Source: Candidatus Kapaibacterium sp. (GTDB lineage: Bacteria; Bacteroidota; Ignavibacteria; Kapaibacteriales; UBA2268). Taken from it: DNA of 64,000 bases. The position numbers and the translations under genes were made by a program. Location: NCBI GenBank assembly GCA_963665665.1, contig OY762428.1, forward strand, positions 5,344,001-5,408,000, in the 5' to 3' direction. Position 1 is the first letter of the stretch; each line of letters begins with the position of its first letter. The notes under the pieces were generated by a model that ran no database searches, was not told the DNA's origin, and worked only from the letters and a program-made list of their open reading frames with translations. Shown one piece after another: positions 29,104 through 38,705 of this stretch.

Positions 29104-30422
29104 GAATGAATGAACTTAAAGGACTGGCAGAAAAATTAACTGCATTTGCCCAAAAAAGCGGCGCATCCCAAACAGAAGTATCGATTTATAATTCAAATAA
29201 TTTCTCAGTTGATATTCTTAATCAGGAAATTGAACAATTACAGGAAGCCGGATCAATTAATCTATCCCTGAAGGTAATTGTGGACGGCAAAGTGGCAACG
29301 GCCTCTTCATCTGATCTGTCTATGGATGCCCTGCAGCATTTAACAAAAAATGCCATTTCAAGAGCTTCATATTCCAATCCTGATAAATATTCGGCTCTCC
29401 CCGATAATGAAAAAATTAAAACTGATATTGATAAACTGAAATTGTACGATCCTTCAGTAGAGGAATTATCTCCTGAAAAGAAAATTCAGGCTGTAATGAA
29501 ACTGGAAAAAATATGTATTGATAACAACAAAATCAAAATGTCAGCAGGAGCTTCATTCAACACCGGAACTGCCGAAAGAATTCTAACTAACTCCAATGGT
29601 TTTTCCGGGGCATACAAATCATCATACTGCTCCAATGGTGTTTATCTTCAGGCAGGTTCCGACGAAGTATTTTTTGAGGATGGCTGGAGCGACAGTTCCC
29701 GAACAGCAAACGGCCTGATGCCTGTTGAAGAAATTGCTAAGAAAGCTATCCACAGAGTAACAAGGCTTATAGGCGCAAAAAAAATTGATACCCAGAATGT
29801 TCCCGTTGTTTTCGAAGCCCCGATGGCAGCTTCTATACTTGGATTTCTTGCTCAATGCCTAAGTGGTACTGCTGTTTACCAGAAGAGAACATTCCTTTCC
29901 GATATGCTTGGCGAGAAAATTGCAAATGATAATGTAAATATCATTGACGACGCTCTTATGCCCGGCAAACCAGGTACCCGCCCGTTTGACGGCGAAGGTG
30001 TACCGACCGGAAAGACCTCGATTATTGAAAATGGCACTCTGAAAAACTTCCTTCTGGATACATACAGCGCCAGGAAACTTGGTATGAAATCCAACGGGCA
30101 TGCTTCCGGAACAACCAATTTCTACATGACTCCGGGCAAGCACAGCCTTGAAGATATTATTAAAAGCACGAAAAAAGGCCTCTTTCTTACCAGAACTATC
30201 GGACAGGGAACCGTTCCGACTTCGGGCGATATATCCAAGGGTGCTTACGGCCTGTGGATTGAAAACGGTGAACTAACTTATCCGGTAGCTGAGATTACAC
30301 TATCCGGTAACCTGGGAACAATGCTGAAAGAGATTGAAATGGTTGGCAGCGAGCTTGATTTCAGGCGTTCGATCAATTCGCCGGCATTCAAAGTTAAAGA
30401 AATGACCATTTCAGGAAAATAG
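29100..30422 (+). CDS. pmbA: PmbA/TldE subunit
   Basis: ATGA overlap with tldD; RPFDGEGVP, GDISKGAYG..IENGE, EITLSGNL; no HExxxH motif. Confidence 0.92.
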   Translation: MRMNELKGLAEKLTAFAQKSGASQTEVSIYNSNNFSVDILNQEIEQLQEAGSINLSLKVIVDGKVATASSSDLSMDALQHLTKNAISRASYSNPDKYSALPDNEKIKTDIDKLKLYDPSVEELSPEKKIQAVMKLEKICIDNNKIKMSAGASFNTGTAERILTNSNGFSGAYKSSYCSNGVYLQAGSDEVFFEDGWSDSSRTANGLMPVEEIAKKAIHRVTRLIGAKKIDTQNVPVVFEAPMAASILGFLAQCLSGTAVYQKRTFLSDMLGEKIANDNVNIIDDALMPGKPGTRPFDGEGVPTGKTSIIENGTLKNFLLDTYSARKLGMKSNGHASGTTNFYMTPGKHSLEDIIKSTKKGLFLTRTIGQGTVPTSGDISKGAYGLWIENGELTYPVAEITLSGNLGTMLKEIEMVGSELDFRRSINSPAFKVKEMTISGK

Positions 30423-30503
30423 TTTTAATCTTAAAGTACTTTTCTACAAGGTTCTCACTCAATACTCTCCAAAAGGATTACTTTACCATCTTAGCCCTCC
30501 CCT

Positions 30504-30525
30504 TCGGGGAGGGTTGGGAGTGGGC
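30504..30525. repeat. REP-like element
   Basis: GCCCTCCCCTTCGGGGAGGGTT(GGGAGTGGGC); same family as CCCTCTCCTTCGGGGAGGGTTTGGGAGGGG at about 1160-1189. Confidence 0.65.
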
Positions 30526-30595
30526 ATTTGCAATAATCTCAAAAAATTTCATAATGTATGACTGTTTTTTGAAAAAGGCGCTGATACCCGGCGCC

Positions 30596-30997
30596 TTATT
30601 TATTTTCGGGAGCCTCTCCCCTGTTTTTTCTTTCCTCGAATACTTCGGCTGCTGTAAACATAGCATTTAGCGCCAGCGGAAATCCGGCGTAGGCTACCAT
30701 TTGAATTATCACTTCTTTTATTTCTTCTTCTGTGCATCCTACGTTCAGCGCCGCATTAATATGTGTTTTAAGCTGAGGGCGCGCGTTGCCCATAGCGGTT
30801 AATGCGGCAACCGAGGCTATTTCACGGGATTTCAGGTCAAGCCCTGAACGCGAATATATCTCTCCGAATGGAAATTCAACGATCATCTTTACAAGGTCCG
30901 GTGAAATTTTTTCCAGCTTTTTCAGAACAACTTCAGCTTCCTGTCCGTCCACAAGGAAGAAATTCTTCATTCCTTCAATATACTTTTCTGACTGCAT
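30596..30997 (-). CDS. Carboxymuconolactone decarboxylase (CMD/AhpD-like) family protein
   Basis: FGEIYSRSGLDLKSRE...QLKTHINAALNVG...EI.EVIIQM..YAGFP. Confidence 0.92.
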   Translation of the reverse strand: MQSEKYIEGMKNFFLVDGQEAEVVLKKLEKISPDLVKMIVEFPFGEIYSRSGLDLKSREIASVAALTAMGNARPQLKTHINAALNVGCTEEEIKEVIIQMVAYAGFPLALNAMFTAAEVFEERKNRGEAPENK

Positions 30998-31197
30998 TTT
31001 ACTCCATGATGAATGTTATTGTGTTATACAAACATAAGAATATAAATTATAATGGCAGAATATTAATTTTTTGAAAACAAACAACACAAATAATACATAA
31101 TATATTAAATTTTAAACATTTCTTTGATATTTGGGTTATGTTTCTTAAATTATAAATGCAAATTTGTTTATTTAAAAAAATACCAGAGGATGCCCCT

Positions 31198-32637
31198 ATG
31201 AAAAGGTACAATTTTATTGCTTATTGCTTATTGCTTATTGCTTATTGCTTAATTTTTGTTCCATCCTTAAAAGCCGATTATGACCCTTGCCCCGAAGTTG
31301 ATGACGATACGCCCTGGGGTGAAACCATGCAAACTGTATATTGTTATGACGATGTAGTTCCTCAACCTTGGTCTGCCGCAGAATTCCAATGTGAATCATA
31401 TTGTTGTTATTACATTTCTTATCAGGAAAGATGGGTTAATGGTAACGAATATGAACTTCAGATTGTAGATATTCAGGTAACTGATGATGAAAATTGTTCT
31501 GATTGTATTCACATGATTATAAGCCATTTTTATCATGATCGAATTAGAGAAAAATCCGAAGAAATGGAATTGGAGTTTTACAACAGGACTTTAAGTACCG
31601 GAAGAACTTCAATATATGAAGATACTTACATTTATGTTTATCATAAGGCAAAGTGTATGGATGCAAATGCCGAACCCTGTGATTCGGAATTCAGGTGTTG
31701 TAAAAATAAAATTCATATTGATTTCAGAGGTGGCCTTTATGATGATAAATGGGTTGTACAGGATACCTATTATCAAATCAATGATGATATTTTTCCTTTA
31801 TGCGATACCAATTGCACACCAAAATGCGGTGAATACATGATAACTGAGAACCCTTGCGATATTGATTGTAATACCGGAGAGTGGATTACAGAACCAATAC
31901 CCAATACAATGAATGTTACCGGATGCCCCGGTTGTGTGATTACTTACTTCTACTCGACGAGAACAACAAGTTGCAACGGAATAATTTATAAAGACGCAAG
32001 GCTGGATCATTATTATACTTCCGGATGCGAGAATTGTTTATGGAACTACAATGATTTATATACTTTTATTGTTGCAGATTTGCTACATTATTCCGGACAC
32101 GAAATGCCACAGGATGACGGCAATTGTATAGAAGATTACCGAATAATCAGTGCCGGATGCTGGGAATTCGACCCAAATGACCTGTTGCACCTTATTCCCT
32201 GCGATGAGGAAAAATGCTGTTACAGCCATTGGAGGATTTGTAATGTTGGTGGCGAGCTTGTTGACCAAAACATGGATGGCGACTACTACGTGGAATGCGA
32301 GAATAATTGTATTGCATTTTGTGCTGAATTACCTTCAAAATTCCCAACTGATATATCTTCGGAAACTGATAACCGAAATGATATAGATGTTAATGTTTCT
32401 CCAAATCCCGGATCGGATTATATAAGATTTAATATTAAGACTGCATATCAGGGGTATTTCAAATTAACAATTTATGATAATTCAGGTAATGCTGTTAAAT
32501 CAAATTTGATAAATAAATCTGATAATAATTTTGAATACAAAATCAGTATGGATATTTTTGGTAACGGTGCGTATAATTATAAAATTGAAATTCCGGGATA
32601 TTCCGTATTCAACGGAAAATTCATTATCAACAAGTAA
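31198..32637 (+). CDS. Cys-rich secreted protein (two homologous Cys-rich domains) with T9SS sorting domain
   Basis: GAGGA upstream of the ATG at 31198; signal peptide; 30 Cys in the mature region (14+16); C-terminal VSPNP...IYDNSG...GAYNY. Confidence 0.85.
   Translation: MKRYNFIAYCLLLIAYCLIFVPSLKADYDPCPEVDDDTPWGETMQTVYCYDDVVPQPWSAAEFQCESYCCYYISYQERWVNGNEYELQIVDIQVTDDENCSDCIHMIISHFYHDRIREKSEEMELEFYNRTLSTGRTSIYEDTYIYVYHKAKCMDANAEPCDSEFRCCKNKIHIDFRGGLYDDKWVVQDTYYQINDDIFPLCDTNCTPKCGEYMITENPCDIDCNTGEWITEPIPNTMNVTGCPGCVITYFYSTRTTSCNGIIYKDARLDHYYTSGCENCLWNYNDLYTFIVADLLHYSGHEMPQDDGNCIEDYRIISAGCWEFDPNDLLHLIPCDEEKCCYSHWRICNVGGELVDQNMDGDYYVECENNCIAFCAELPSKFPTDISSETDNRNDIDVNVSPNPGSDYIRFNIKTAYQGYFKLTIYDNSGNAVKSNLINKSDNNFEYKISMDIFGNGAYNYKIEIPGYSVFNGKFIINK
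31214..31251 (+). repeat. Heptanucleotide microsatellite (TTATTGC)x5 within the signal-peptide coding region
   Basis: Five perfect copies plus TTA, encoding FIAYCLLLIAYCLI. Confidence 0.95.
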
Positions 32638-32645
32638 AGATATAA

Positions 32646-32673
32646 AAGGGCAATGTTTTTTTGCATTGCCCTT
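32646..32673 (+). terminator. Hairpin between the two T9SS cargo genes
   Basis: AAGGGCAATG / CATTGCCCTT stem followed by CAATTTTT. Confidence 0.6.
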
Positions 32674-32703
32674 CAATTTTTCATTCACAAATCAATGATT
32701 ATT

Positions 32704-34119
32704 ATGAAATATTTTCTACCGATACTAATTATTATAACTTTTAGTTTCGAGAGTATTAGGGCGGCAGAATGGAGAGTTGTAGATTCAATAATTTACAGCA
32801 ACATACCCGGAGTTCCTGCTCTTTCCAATATGATGGAAGCTATTGACTGCTGCGACAGCCTGAATTGCGTGGTTGTTTCAAACATGACATGGAAATATCC
32901 CTGGAACAGGAAAACCACCGACGGAGGTATGACTTGGAACACAACATTACGGGATACCTTGATAAACTATTGGGACAGCAGTGGAAATTATATAGGTACA
33001 TACACACCCGCAAAAGTTAACGAAGTTGATTATCCATCGGCTGATTTTTGTATAGCCATTTGCGACACTGGTTACTGCCACATAAGCAGGGATAGCTGTA
33101 AATCATGGGAAAGAATCCAATTAGATACTAAATCACACCTTAAAAATGTTAGTTTTGTTAATAGCCGGATAGGAGCCGTTTGCAGTTGGTCAAATTTATT
33201 TTTAACTATTGACGGAGGACTATCATGGAAAACCGCAGATTTTATTTTTCCTGATTCAATACCAAATGTCAGCTTTCAAGATATTAAGGTTTTAAATGAT
33301 AAGGATATATACTGCCTGATTTATTCTTCCGAGTTAAAACAATCCTTTTTTGCAAAATCCACGGATTTCGGTGAATCCTGGACATATCATTATTGCGGGG
33401 AATTAACGACAAGAAAAATATTTTTCCTTAATAAAAATGTAGGCTGGTTAGCAGGGGGGCCACAAACTGCCGAAGGATCTCCGGCGTACAGAAGTACTAT
33501 ATATCACACGGAGGATGGCGGAAAAAACTGGGAATTGCAACTGGATACCCTTGCTGAAAGTTCCAAGAAATTGGGACTAAGACAGATTTACTTTTCAGAT
33601 GAGAACAACGGTATAGCCATGTCAAGATTCTTTACAATTTACAGAACAACAAACGGCGGAAAGGAATGGTTTTTTGACGATTCTTTCGAGGACTATGATA
33701 CTTTTGATGATTTTTTCTGGGATATCGCATTCTTCGGGCCTGAAAAAATTTATGCCCTGCCGGAAAATAGTATTTATATTTACAAGTATGCCAATTATTT
33801 TCCGTCAGGAGCCGAAGACAGTATAAGGGAAATTATTCCATCCTGTGTAATTTCCGGTACTATTATTCATCCCAATCCGATTACTGCCGGTAAAACAGCA
33901 ACATATAGCTTCGAACTACTTCAAACAGGTACTATAAGTATGGAGCTTTACGATATCCGAGGACGGAGAATATTAAAGTGGCCCGTTAGAATCTTCACCG
34001 AAGGCTTTTACAGCATTGAATTGAATGATGTAAAAAGTTTGAATAGCGGTGAATACTTTCTTAAAGTATCTTTCAACGATATTCTGCAATCAACGGAAAA
34101 TATAATTGTAAGCAAGTAA
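32704..34119 (+). CDS. YCF48/BNR-repeat beta-propeller protein with T9SS sorting domain
   Basis: Signal peptide; repeated TxDGGxxW boxes; C-terminal HPNP...LYDIRGR...SGEYFLKV. Confidence 0.88.
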   Translation: MKYFLPILIIITFSFESIRAAEWRVVDSIIYSNIPGVPALSNMMEAIDCCDSLNCVVVSNMTWKYPWNRKTTDGGMTWNTTLRDTLINYWDSSGNYIGTYTPAKVNEVDYPSADFCIAICDTGYCHISRDSCKSWERIQLDTKSHLKNVSFVNSRIGAVCSWSNLFLTIDGGLSWKTADFIFPDSIPNVSFQDIKVLNDKDIYCLIYSSELKQSFFAKSTDFGESWTYHYCGELTTRKIFFLNKNVGWLAGGPQTAEGSPAYRSTIYHTEDGGKNWELQLDTLAESSKKLGLRQIYFSDENNGIAMSRFFTIYRTTNGGKEWFFDDSFEDYDTFDDFFWDIAFFGPEKIYALPENSIYIYKYANYFPSGAEDSIREIIPSCVISGTIIHPNPITAGKTATYSFELLQTGTISMELYDIRGRRILKWPVRIFTEGFYSIELNDVKSLNSGEYFLKVSFNDILQSTENIIVSK

Positions 34120-34128
34120 TTTATTTAT

Positions 34129-34200
34129 CCTTCCTGAGTTGTCATAACTCAGGAAGGCTTTAATCTAATCAAACAAAAAAGCCCCCCTTTCGGGAGGCTT
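34129..34200. terminator. Two hairpins between convergent genes
   Basis: CCTTCCTGAGTT / AACTCAGGAAGG, then AAGCCCCCC-TTTC-GGGAGGCTT preceded by an A-run (terminator for the hydrogenase operon on the minus strand). Confidence 0.75.
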
Positions 34201-34228
34201 CTAATTCAGGGTTTTCTTATATACTCGG

Positions 34229-34726
34229 TTATCTTCTAACCTGGGTTTTTAAGCCGTTCAATATTTCGGACACCTGGTTTGGCTGTACCTTACTGTAAAC
34301 TCTTTCGTTGATAGTTACAACGGGAGCCAGGGCGCAAACGCCAAGGCAGCGGGTTCCCTCGATAGAGAACATTCCGTCCTGAGTAGTTTCGCCAATTTCA
34401 ATACCAAGTTCAGTCTGGAAAGATTCAAGCACACTGTTGGCACCTTTCACGTAGCAGGCTGTGCCAAGGCAAACTGCAATATGAAATTTTCCCTTTGGTT
34501 TCAACTTGAAGAAATGGTAGAATGTTGCAATTCCAAAAACTGTTGAAGTAGGAATTTCAAGCAAATGAGCCACTTCGTCCATGTGTTTTTCTTTCAGGTA
34601 ACCGTAGCGTTCCTGTACTTTGTGCAAAACGCTGATAACATAGCTGCGCGAATGTTCTTTTTGCTTGCATTCGTTTATAAAATCAACTATATCCTGATCT
34701 ATTGTTATATTGTGATTCTCAATCAT
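34229..34726 (-). CDS. hydC: NuoE-like [2Fe-2S] subunit of trimeric [FeFe]-hydrogenase (HydC/HndA)
   Basis: LHKVQERYGYL, ATFYHFF, CLGTAC...CLGVCALAP. Confidence 0.92.
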   Translation of the reverse strand: MIENHNITIDQDIVDFINECKQKEHSRSYVISVLHKVQERYGYLKEKHMDEVAHLLEIPTSTVFGIATFYHFFKLKPKGKFHIAVCLGTACYVKGANSVLESFQTELGIEIGETTQDGMFSIEGTRCLGVCALAPVVTINERVYSKVQPNQVSEILNGLKTQVRR

Positions 34727-36486
34727 TATTTTATCCCCCTCGGTAATCTTTCAACATATTTAGTATGAAGGAGTTCATGAGCTTTGTGCCCGCCTACTTC
34801 GCCGAGATATTCATCATAGAGTTTCTTGATGAATGGATTCTCGTGAGATTTACGAATTGTTTTTGATTCGTCGATACTATATAAGGCCGAAGCCCTTTTA
34901 CGTATATGCTCTTTATCAAGCGGATATATATATTCGTCCGCATGCATCAAGGGCTGTCCGCCACCTGCAACACATCCGCCCGGGCAGGCCATAATCTCTA
35001 TCAGGTGATATTGCTTATCGCTTTTTTTAGCTCTTTCAAGAATTGTCTTTGCATTATTAAGTCCGTTGGCAACAGCCACGTTCAGTGTTTTTCCGGCAAT
35101 CTCGATTGATGCTTCGCGAAGGCCTTCCACAGCCCTTACGTTTGTGAAGTTCAGGTTATGCAGTGTTTTGCCTGTCAATTTCTCGTGTGCAGTACGAAGT
35201 GCTGCTTCCATAACTCCGCCGGTTGTACCGAAAATATCCGCAGCACCCGTTGAAAAACCGAGAGGCAGGTCAAATGTATCATTCGGCAGGTTCTTGAAAT
35301 CAATACCATAAGCCTTGATCATCCAGATCAGTTCGCGTGTTGTAAGCACAGCATCTGTATAAGGATAACCGGCCTCAGCTTTATGTTCGGGCCTTGCAGC
35401 TTCAAATTTCTTTGCTGTGCAGGGCATAATTGCAACGGAAAATATTTTTGAAGGATTTATACCCTGTGTTTCCGCAAAATATGTTTTCAGAAGTACCGAA
35501 AGCATCTGCATAGGTGAACGGCAGGTGGAAGCATTATCCAACATATCAGGATAGAAATGCTCCATGAACTTAATCCAGCCCGGAGAGCATGAAGTAATCA
35601 TCGGTAAATTTTCGCCGCTCTCAAGCCTTTGTATCAGCTCGTTAGATTCTTCAAGAATTGTCAGGTCAGCGCCAAAGTTAGTATCGAATACGGAGTCAAA
35701 TCCCAACCTGCGGAGAGCGGTAACAGTTTTGCCTGTGCATGGAGTTCCAACCGGAAGGTCGAATCCTTCTCCGATAGCAGCCCTGATTGCCGGGGCAGTC
35801 TGCACAACCACGTGCATTTCAGGGTCATTGATAGCGTCCCAAACCTGTTCGGTGTAATTTTTTTCTGCGAAGGCAGCAGTAGGACAAACATTTATGCACT
35901 GTCCGCATGCCACGCAAACTGATTCCCTCATTGGAGCAAGGAATGCCGGCGAAACATAAGTATTCACACCGCGGTAAGTCTGGCTCAGGTTATGAACCCC
36001 CTGAATCTCTGAGCAAACCCTAACGCAACGTCCGCAAAGGATACATTTCTCGGGATCTCTGGATACTGCCACGTTATCGGCTTCAACAGGATAATGTTTT
36101 CTTTCGCCTTCGAACAATCTTTCCCTGACGCCGAGTTTATAAGCTAAGTTCTGAAGTTCGCAATTACCGTCGCGTTCGCAAGTCTGGCATTCCTTGGGGT
36201 GGTTGTCGAGAAGAAGCTCTACAAGATCCCTGCGAACCTGCCTGAGTTCAGGTGAATTTGTTTTTACTTTCATACCTTCTTTTACCGGCGAAGCGCATGA
36301 AGGAATAAAATTCCTCATTCCTTCCACTTCAACTATACAAATCCTGCATGCGCCTTCGGTAGAGAGCGAAGGATGGTAGCAAAGCCTGGGAACATGTACC
36401 CCTACCCCGTCGGCAGCCTGCATAATAGTAGTGCCTTCAGGAACGGTTACGGGTATGTTATCTATTGTAAGATTTATATTTTTCAT
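34726..36486 (-). CDS. hydA: [FeFe]-hydrogenase catalytic subunit, group A (HydA/HndD)
   Basis: H-cluster motifs TSCSPGW, MPCTAKKFE and EIMACPGGCVAGGGQP; N-terminal 2Fe-2S, HxxxCxxCxxxxxC and 2x[4Fe-4S] motifs. Confidence 0.97.
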   Translation of the reverse strand: MKNINLTIDNIPVTVPEGTTIMQAADGVGVHVPRLCYHPSLSTEGACRICIVEVEGMRNFIPSCASPVKEGMKVKTNSPELRQVRRDLVELLLDNHPKECQTCERDGNCELQNLAYKLGVRERLFEGERKHYPVEADNVAVSRDPEKCILCGRCVRVCSEIQGVHNLSQTYRGVNTYVSPAFLAPMRESVCVACGQCINVCPTAAFAEKNYTEQVWDAINDPEMHVVVQTAPAIRAAIGEGFDLPVGTPCTGKTVTALRRLGFDSVFDTNFGADLTILEESNELIQRLESGENLPMITSCSPGWIKFMEHFYPDMLDNASTCRSPMQMLSVLLKTYFAETQGINPSKIFSVAIMPCTAKKFEAARPEHKAEAGYPYTDAVLTTRELIWMIKAYGIDFKNLPNDTFDLPLGFSTGAADIFGTTGGVMEAALRTAHEKLTGKTLHNLNFTNVRAVEGLREASIEIAGKTLNVAVANGLNNAKTILERAKKSDKQYHLIEIMACPGGCVAGGGQPLMHADEYIYPLDKEHIRKRASALYSIDESKTIRKSHENPFIKKLYDEYLGEVGGHKAHELLHTKYVERLPRGIK

Positions 36487-36530
36487 GTTTAACTATCCTT
36501 TTTTTCCATTTATTTTCAATAAATATTCTA

Positions 36531-38705
36531 TTATATTTTAATAATAGCATCGAATTTACATGAATTGTAACATTCGCCACATTTTATGCAGAGATCCTGC
36601 ATAATGTCATGCGGTTTTTTCCTGAAGCCTCTTATACATGATACAGGACAGCGTCTTGCACATACCTGGCAGCCTGTACATTTTTCTTCATCAATAGTAT
36701 ATGTAATAAGTTTAGGACATTTCTGCGTCGGGCAGCGTTTTTCCTTAATATGTATTTCAAATTCCTCACGGAAATTTGCAAGGGCGTTAAGAACCGGGTT
36801 CGGGGCTGTTTGGCCAAGGCCGCAAAGTGATGATTTTTTAATCAGGTGGCCAAGCCTTTCAAGTTTGTCAAGGTCTTCCATCTCGCCTTTGCCGTCAGTA
36901 ATCCTGTTAAGAATTTCAAGCATTCTGAAAGTTCCCTCGCGACACGGAAGGCATTTGCCGCATGATTCGTCCACACAGAATTCCATGAAATATTTAGCCG
37001 TCTGAACCATACAATCAGTTTCATCAAGAACAATCATACCACCGGAACCCATAATTGAATTGATCTCTGCCAAAGATTTATAATCTACCGGAGTATCAAT
37101 TTTATCGTAAGGAATACAACCGCCTGAGGGCCCGCCTGTCTGAACTGCTTTCAGTTTGTGTCCGTCAGGAATTCCCCCGCCAATATCAAAGATTATTTCG
37201 CGTAGCGTAGTACCCATAGGCACTTCAACGAGTCCTGTATTTTCAACTTTTCCTGCAAGTGCAAATACTTTAGTACCCTTGCTATCCTCGGTACCAATAC
37301 TGGAATACCATTTTGCACCATAAAGAATGATATGAGGTACATTTGCCCATGTTTCAACGTTATTTATACAAGTCGGGTGGCCCCAGAGTCCTTTTTCGGA
37401 CGGGTAAGGAGGCCTCATTCTTGGTTGTCCCCTGCGCCCTTCAATTGAATGTATCAGTGCTGTTTCTTCACCGCATACAAAGGCTCCGGCACCAAGCCTG
37501 ATCTCAAGATCGAAACTATAATCTGAACCAAGGATATTATCACCGAGCAGGTTTCTGTTTCTTGCTTTTTCGATTGCTAATTCAAGGCGTTTTATTGCAA
37601 GCGGATATTCCGCCCTTACATAAAGAAAACCTTTCTGTGCACCAATGGCATAACCAGCTATCGTCATACCTTCAATTATCGAGAAAGGGTCACCTTCGAG
37701 TGCAGACCTGTCCATAAAAGCACCGGGATCTCCTTCATCAGCATTGCATATAATATAGCGAATAGGATCGTCCTGATTCAATACTTTAGTATTTTTCCAT
37801 TTTATACCTGTCGGGAATCCGCCACCACCGCGGCCTCTGAGTCCTGATTCAAGAATCTCATCGATTACCCAGTCGGGATCACCTTTTTGAAGAACTTTTG
37901 CCAAAGCTGCATATCCCTGCTGATGAATATAATCCTGAAGGCTTTCGGGATCGATAATACCACAATTGGAAAGTGTTATCCTTGTTTGTTTGCTATAGAA
38001 AGAGACATCGCCGTAAAGTTTAATATAATCCTCTGTTATCTGGTCGGCGTGAATCAAAAATTTATCAATAGTCTTTCCGTCAACAAAATGAGTTTTCAGT
38101 ATTTCTTCCATCTCTTCAATGGTCGAGAATTTATATATCTTATTATCAGGGTAAACCATCATCACTGCATGGCCGCCCTTCTCGCAAAGGCCAATACAAC
38201 CGCCATGCATAACCTTTATAAGGTCTTTGGGAAGATTCAATTCAGTAATTTTTTTCTCGAAAATTTCAGCCCATGATACATCATGCCCCTGAGCATTATG
38301 CGCCGAACAAATACTAACCACATTTTTATACAGAATATCTGTCTTTTTGTCGAGCATAAATTCAGCTATAGGATTGCCATTGATCACATGCTCATGAAAT
38401 ATCTGTGGTACTTCTTCAACAGCTACTTTACCGTACTTTGCCGGAATTTTGTTGGGTACAAACACGCCGACGATCGGCTCCTTGGCACAGCGGCCTGTAC
38501 AGCCGGTCTGCTTGATAATTATATCATCACGGCCTGAAGCCTTGATCAGTTTTTCGAACTCTGCCCTGACATCATCAGCACCAGCTGCTTTCTCGCATGT
38601 AGCGGAACCAACCTGGATGATTGTCTTTCCCTGGCTTTCGGCATCGATCGACTGGGGATCCAGCTCATCTTTCAGGGTTTGGTAGTTTTGAAGTATTTTT
38701 TCCAT
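36531..38705 (-). CDS. hydB: NuoF-like FMN/NADH-binding hydrogenase subunit (HydB/HndC) with two N-terminal thioredoxin-like ferredoxin domains
   Basis: SGLRGRGGGGFPTG, CNADEGDPGAFMDR, GAFVCGEETAL, ESCGKCLPCREG, C-terminal 2x[4Fe-4S]. Confidence 0.95.
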   Translation of the reverse strand: MEKILQNYQTLKDELDPQSIDAESQGKTIIQVGSATCEKAAGADDVRAEFEKLIKASGRDDIIIKQTGCTGRCAKEPIVGVFVPNKIPAKYGKVAVEEVPQIFHEHVINGNPIAEFMLDKKTDILYKNVVSICSAHNAQGHDVSWAEIFEKKITELNLPKDLIKVMHGGCIGLCEKGGHAVMMVYPDNKIYKFSTIEEMEEILKTHFVDGKTIDKFLIHADQITEDYIKLYGDVSFYSKQTRITLSNCGIIDPESLQDYIHQQGYAALAKVLQKGDPDWVIDEILESGLRGRGGGGFPTGIKWKNTKVLNQDDPIRYIICNADEGDPGAFMDRSALEGDPFSIIEGMTIAGYAIGAQKGFLYVRAEYPLAIKRLELAIEKARNRNLLGDNILGSDYSFDLEIRLGAGAFVCGEETALIHSIEGRRGQPRMRPPYPSEKGLWGHPTCINNVETWANVPHIILYGAKWYSSIGTEDSKGTKVFALAGKVENTGLVEVPMGTTLREIIFDIGGGIPDGHKLKAVQTGGPSGGCIPYDKIDTPVDYKSLAEINSIMGSGGMIVLDETDCMVQTAKYFMEFCVDESCGKCLPCREGTFRMLEILNRITDGKGEMEDLDKLERLGHLIKKSSLCGLGQTAPNPVLNALANFREEFEIHIKEKRCPTQKCPKLITYTIDEEKCTGCQVCARRCPVSCIRGFRKKPHDIMQDLCIKCGECYNSCKFDAIIKI

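Noticed and set aside
34229-38705. Respiratory complex I nuoEFG
   Set aside because: The large subunit has all three H-cluster motifs, and no membrane nuo genes are adjacent.
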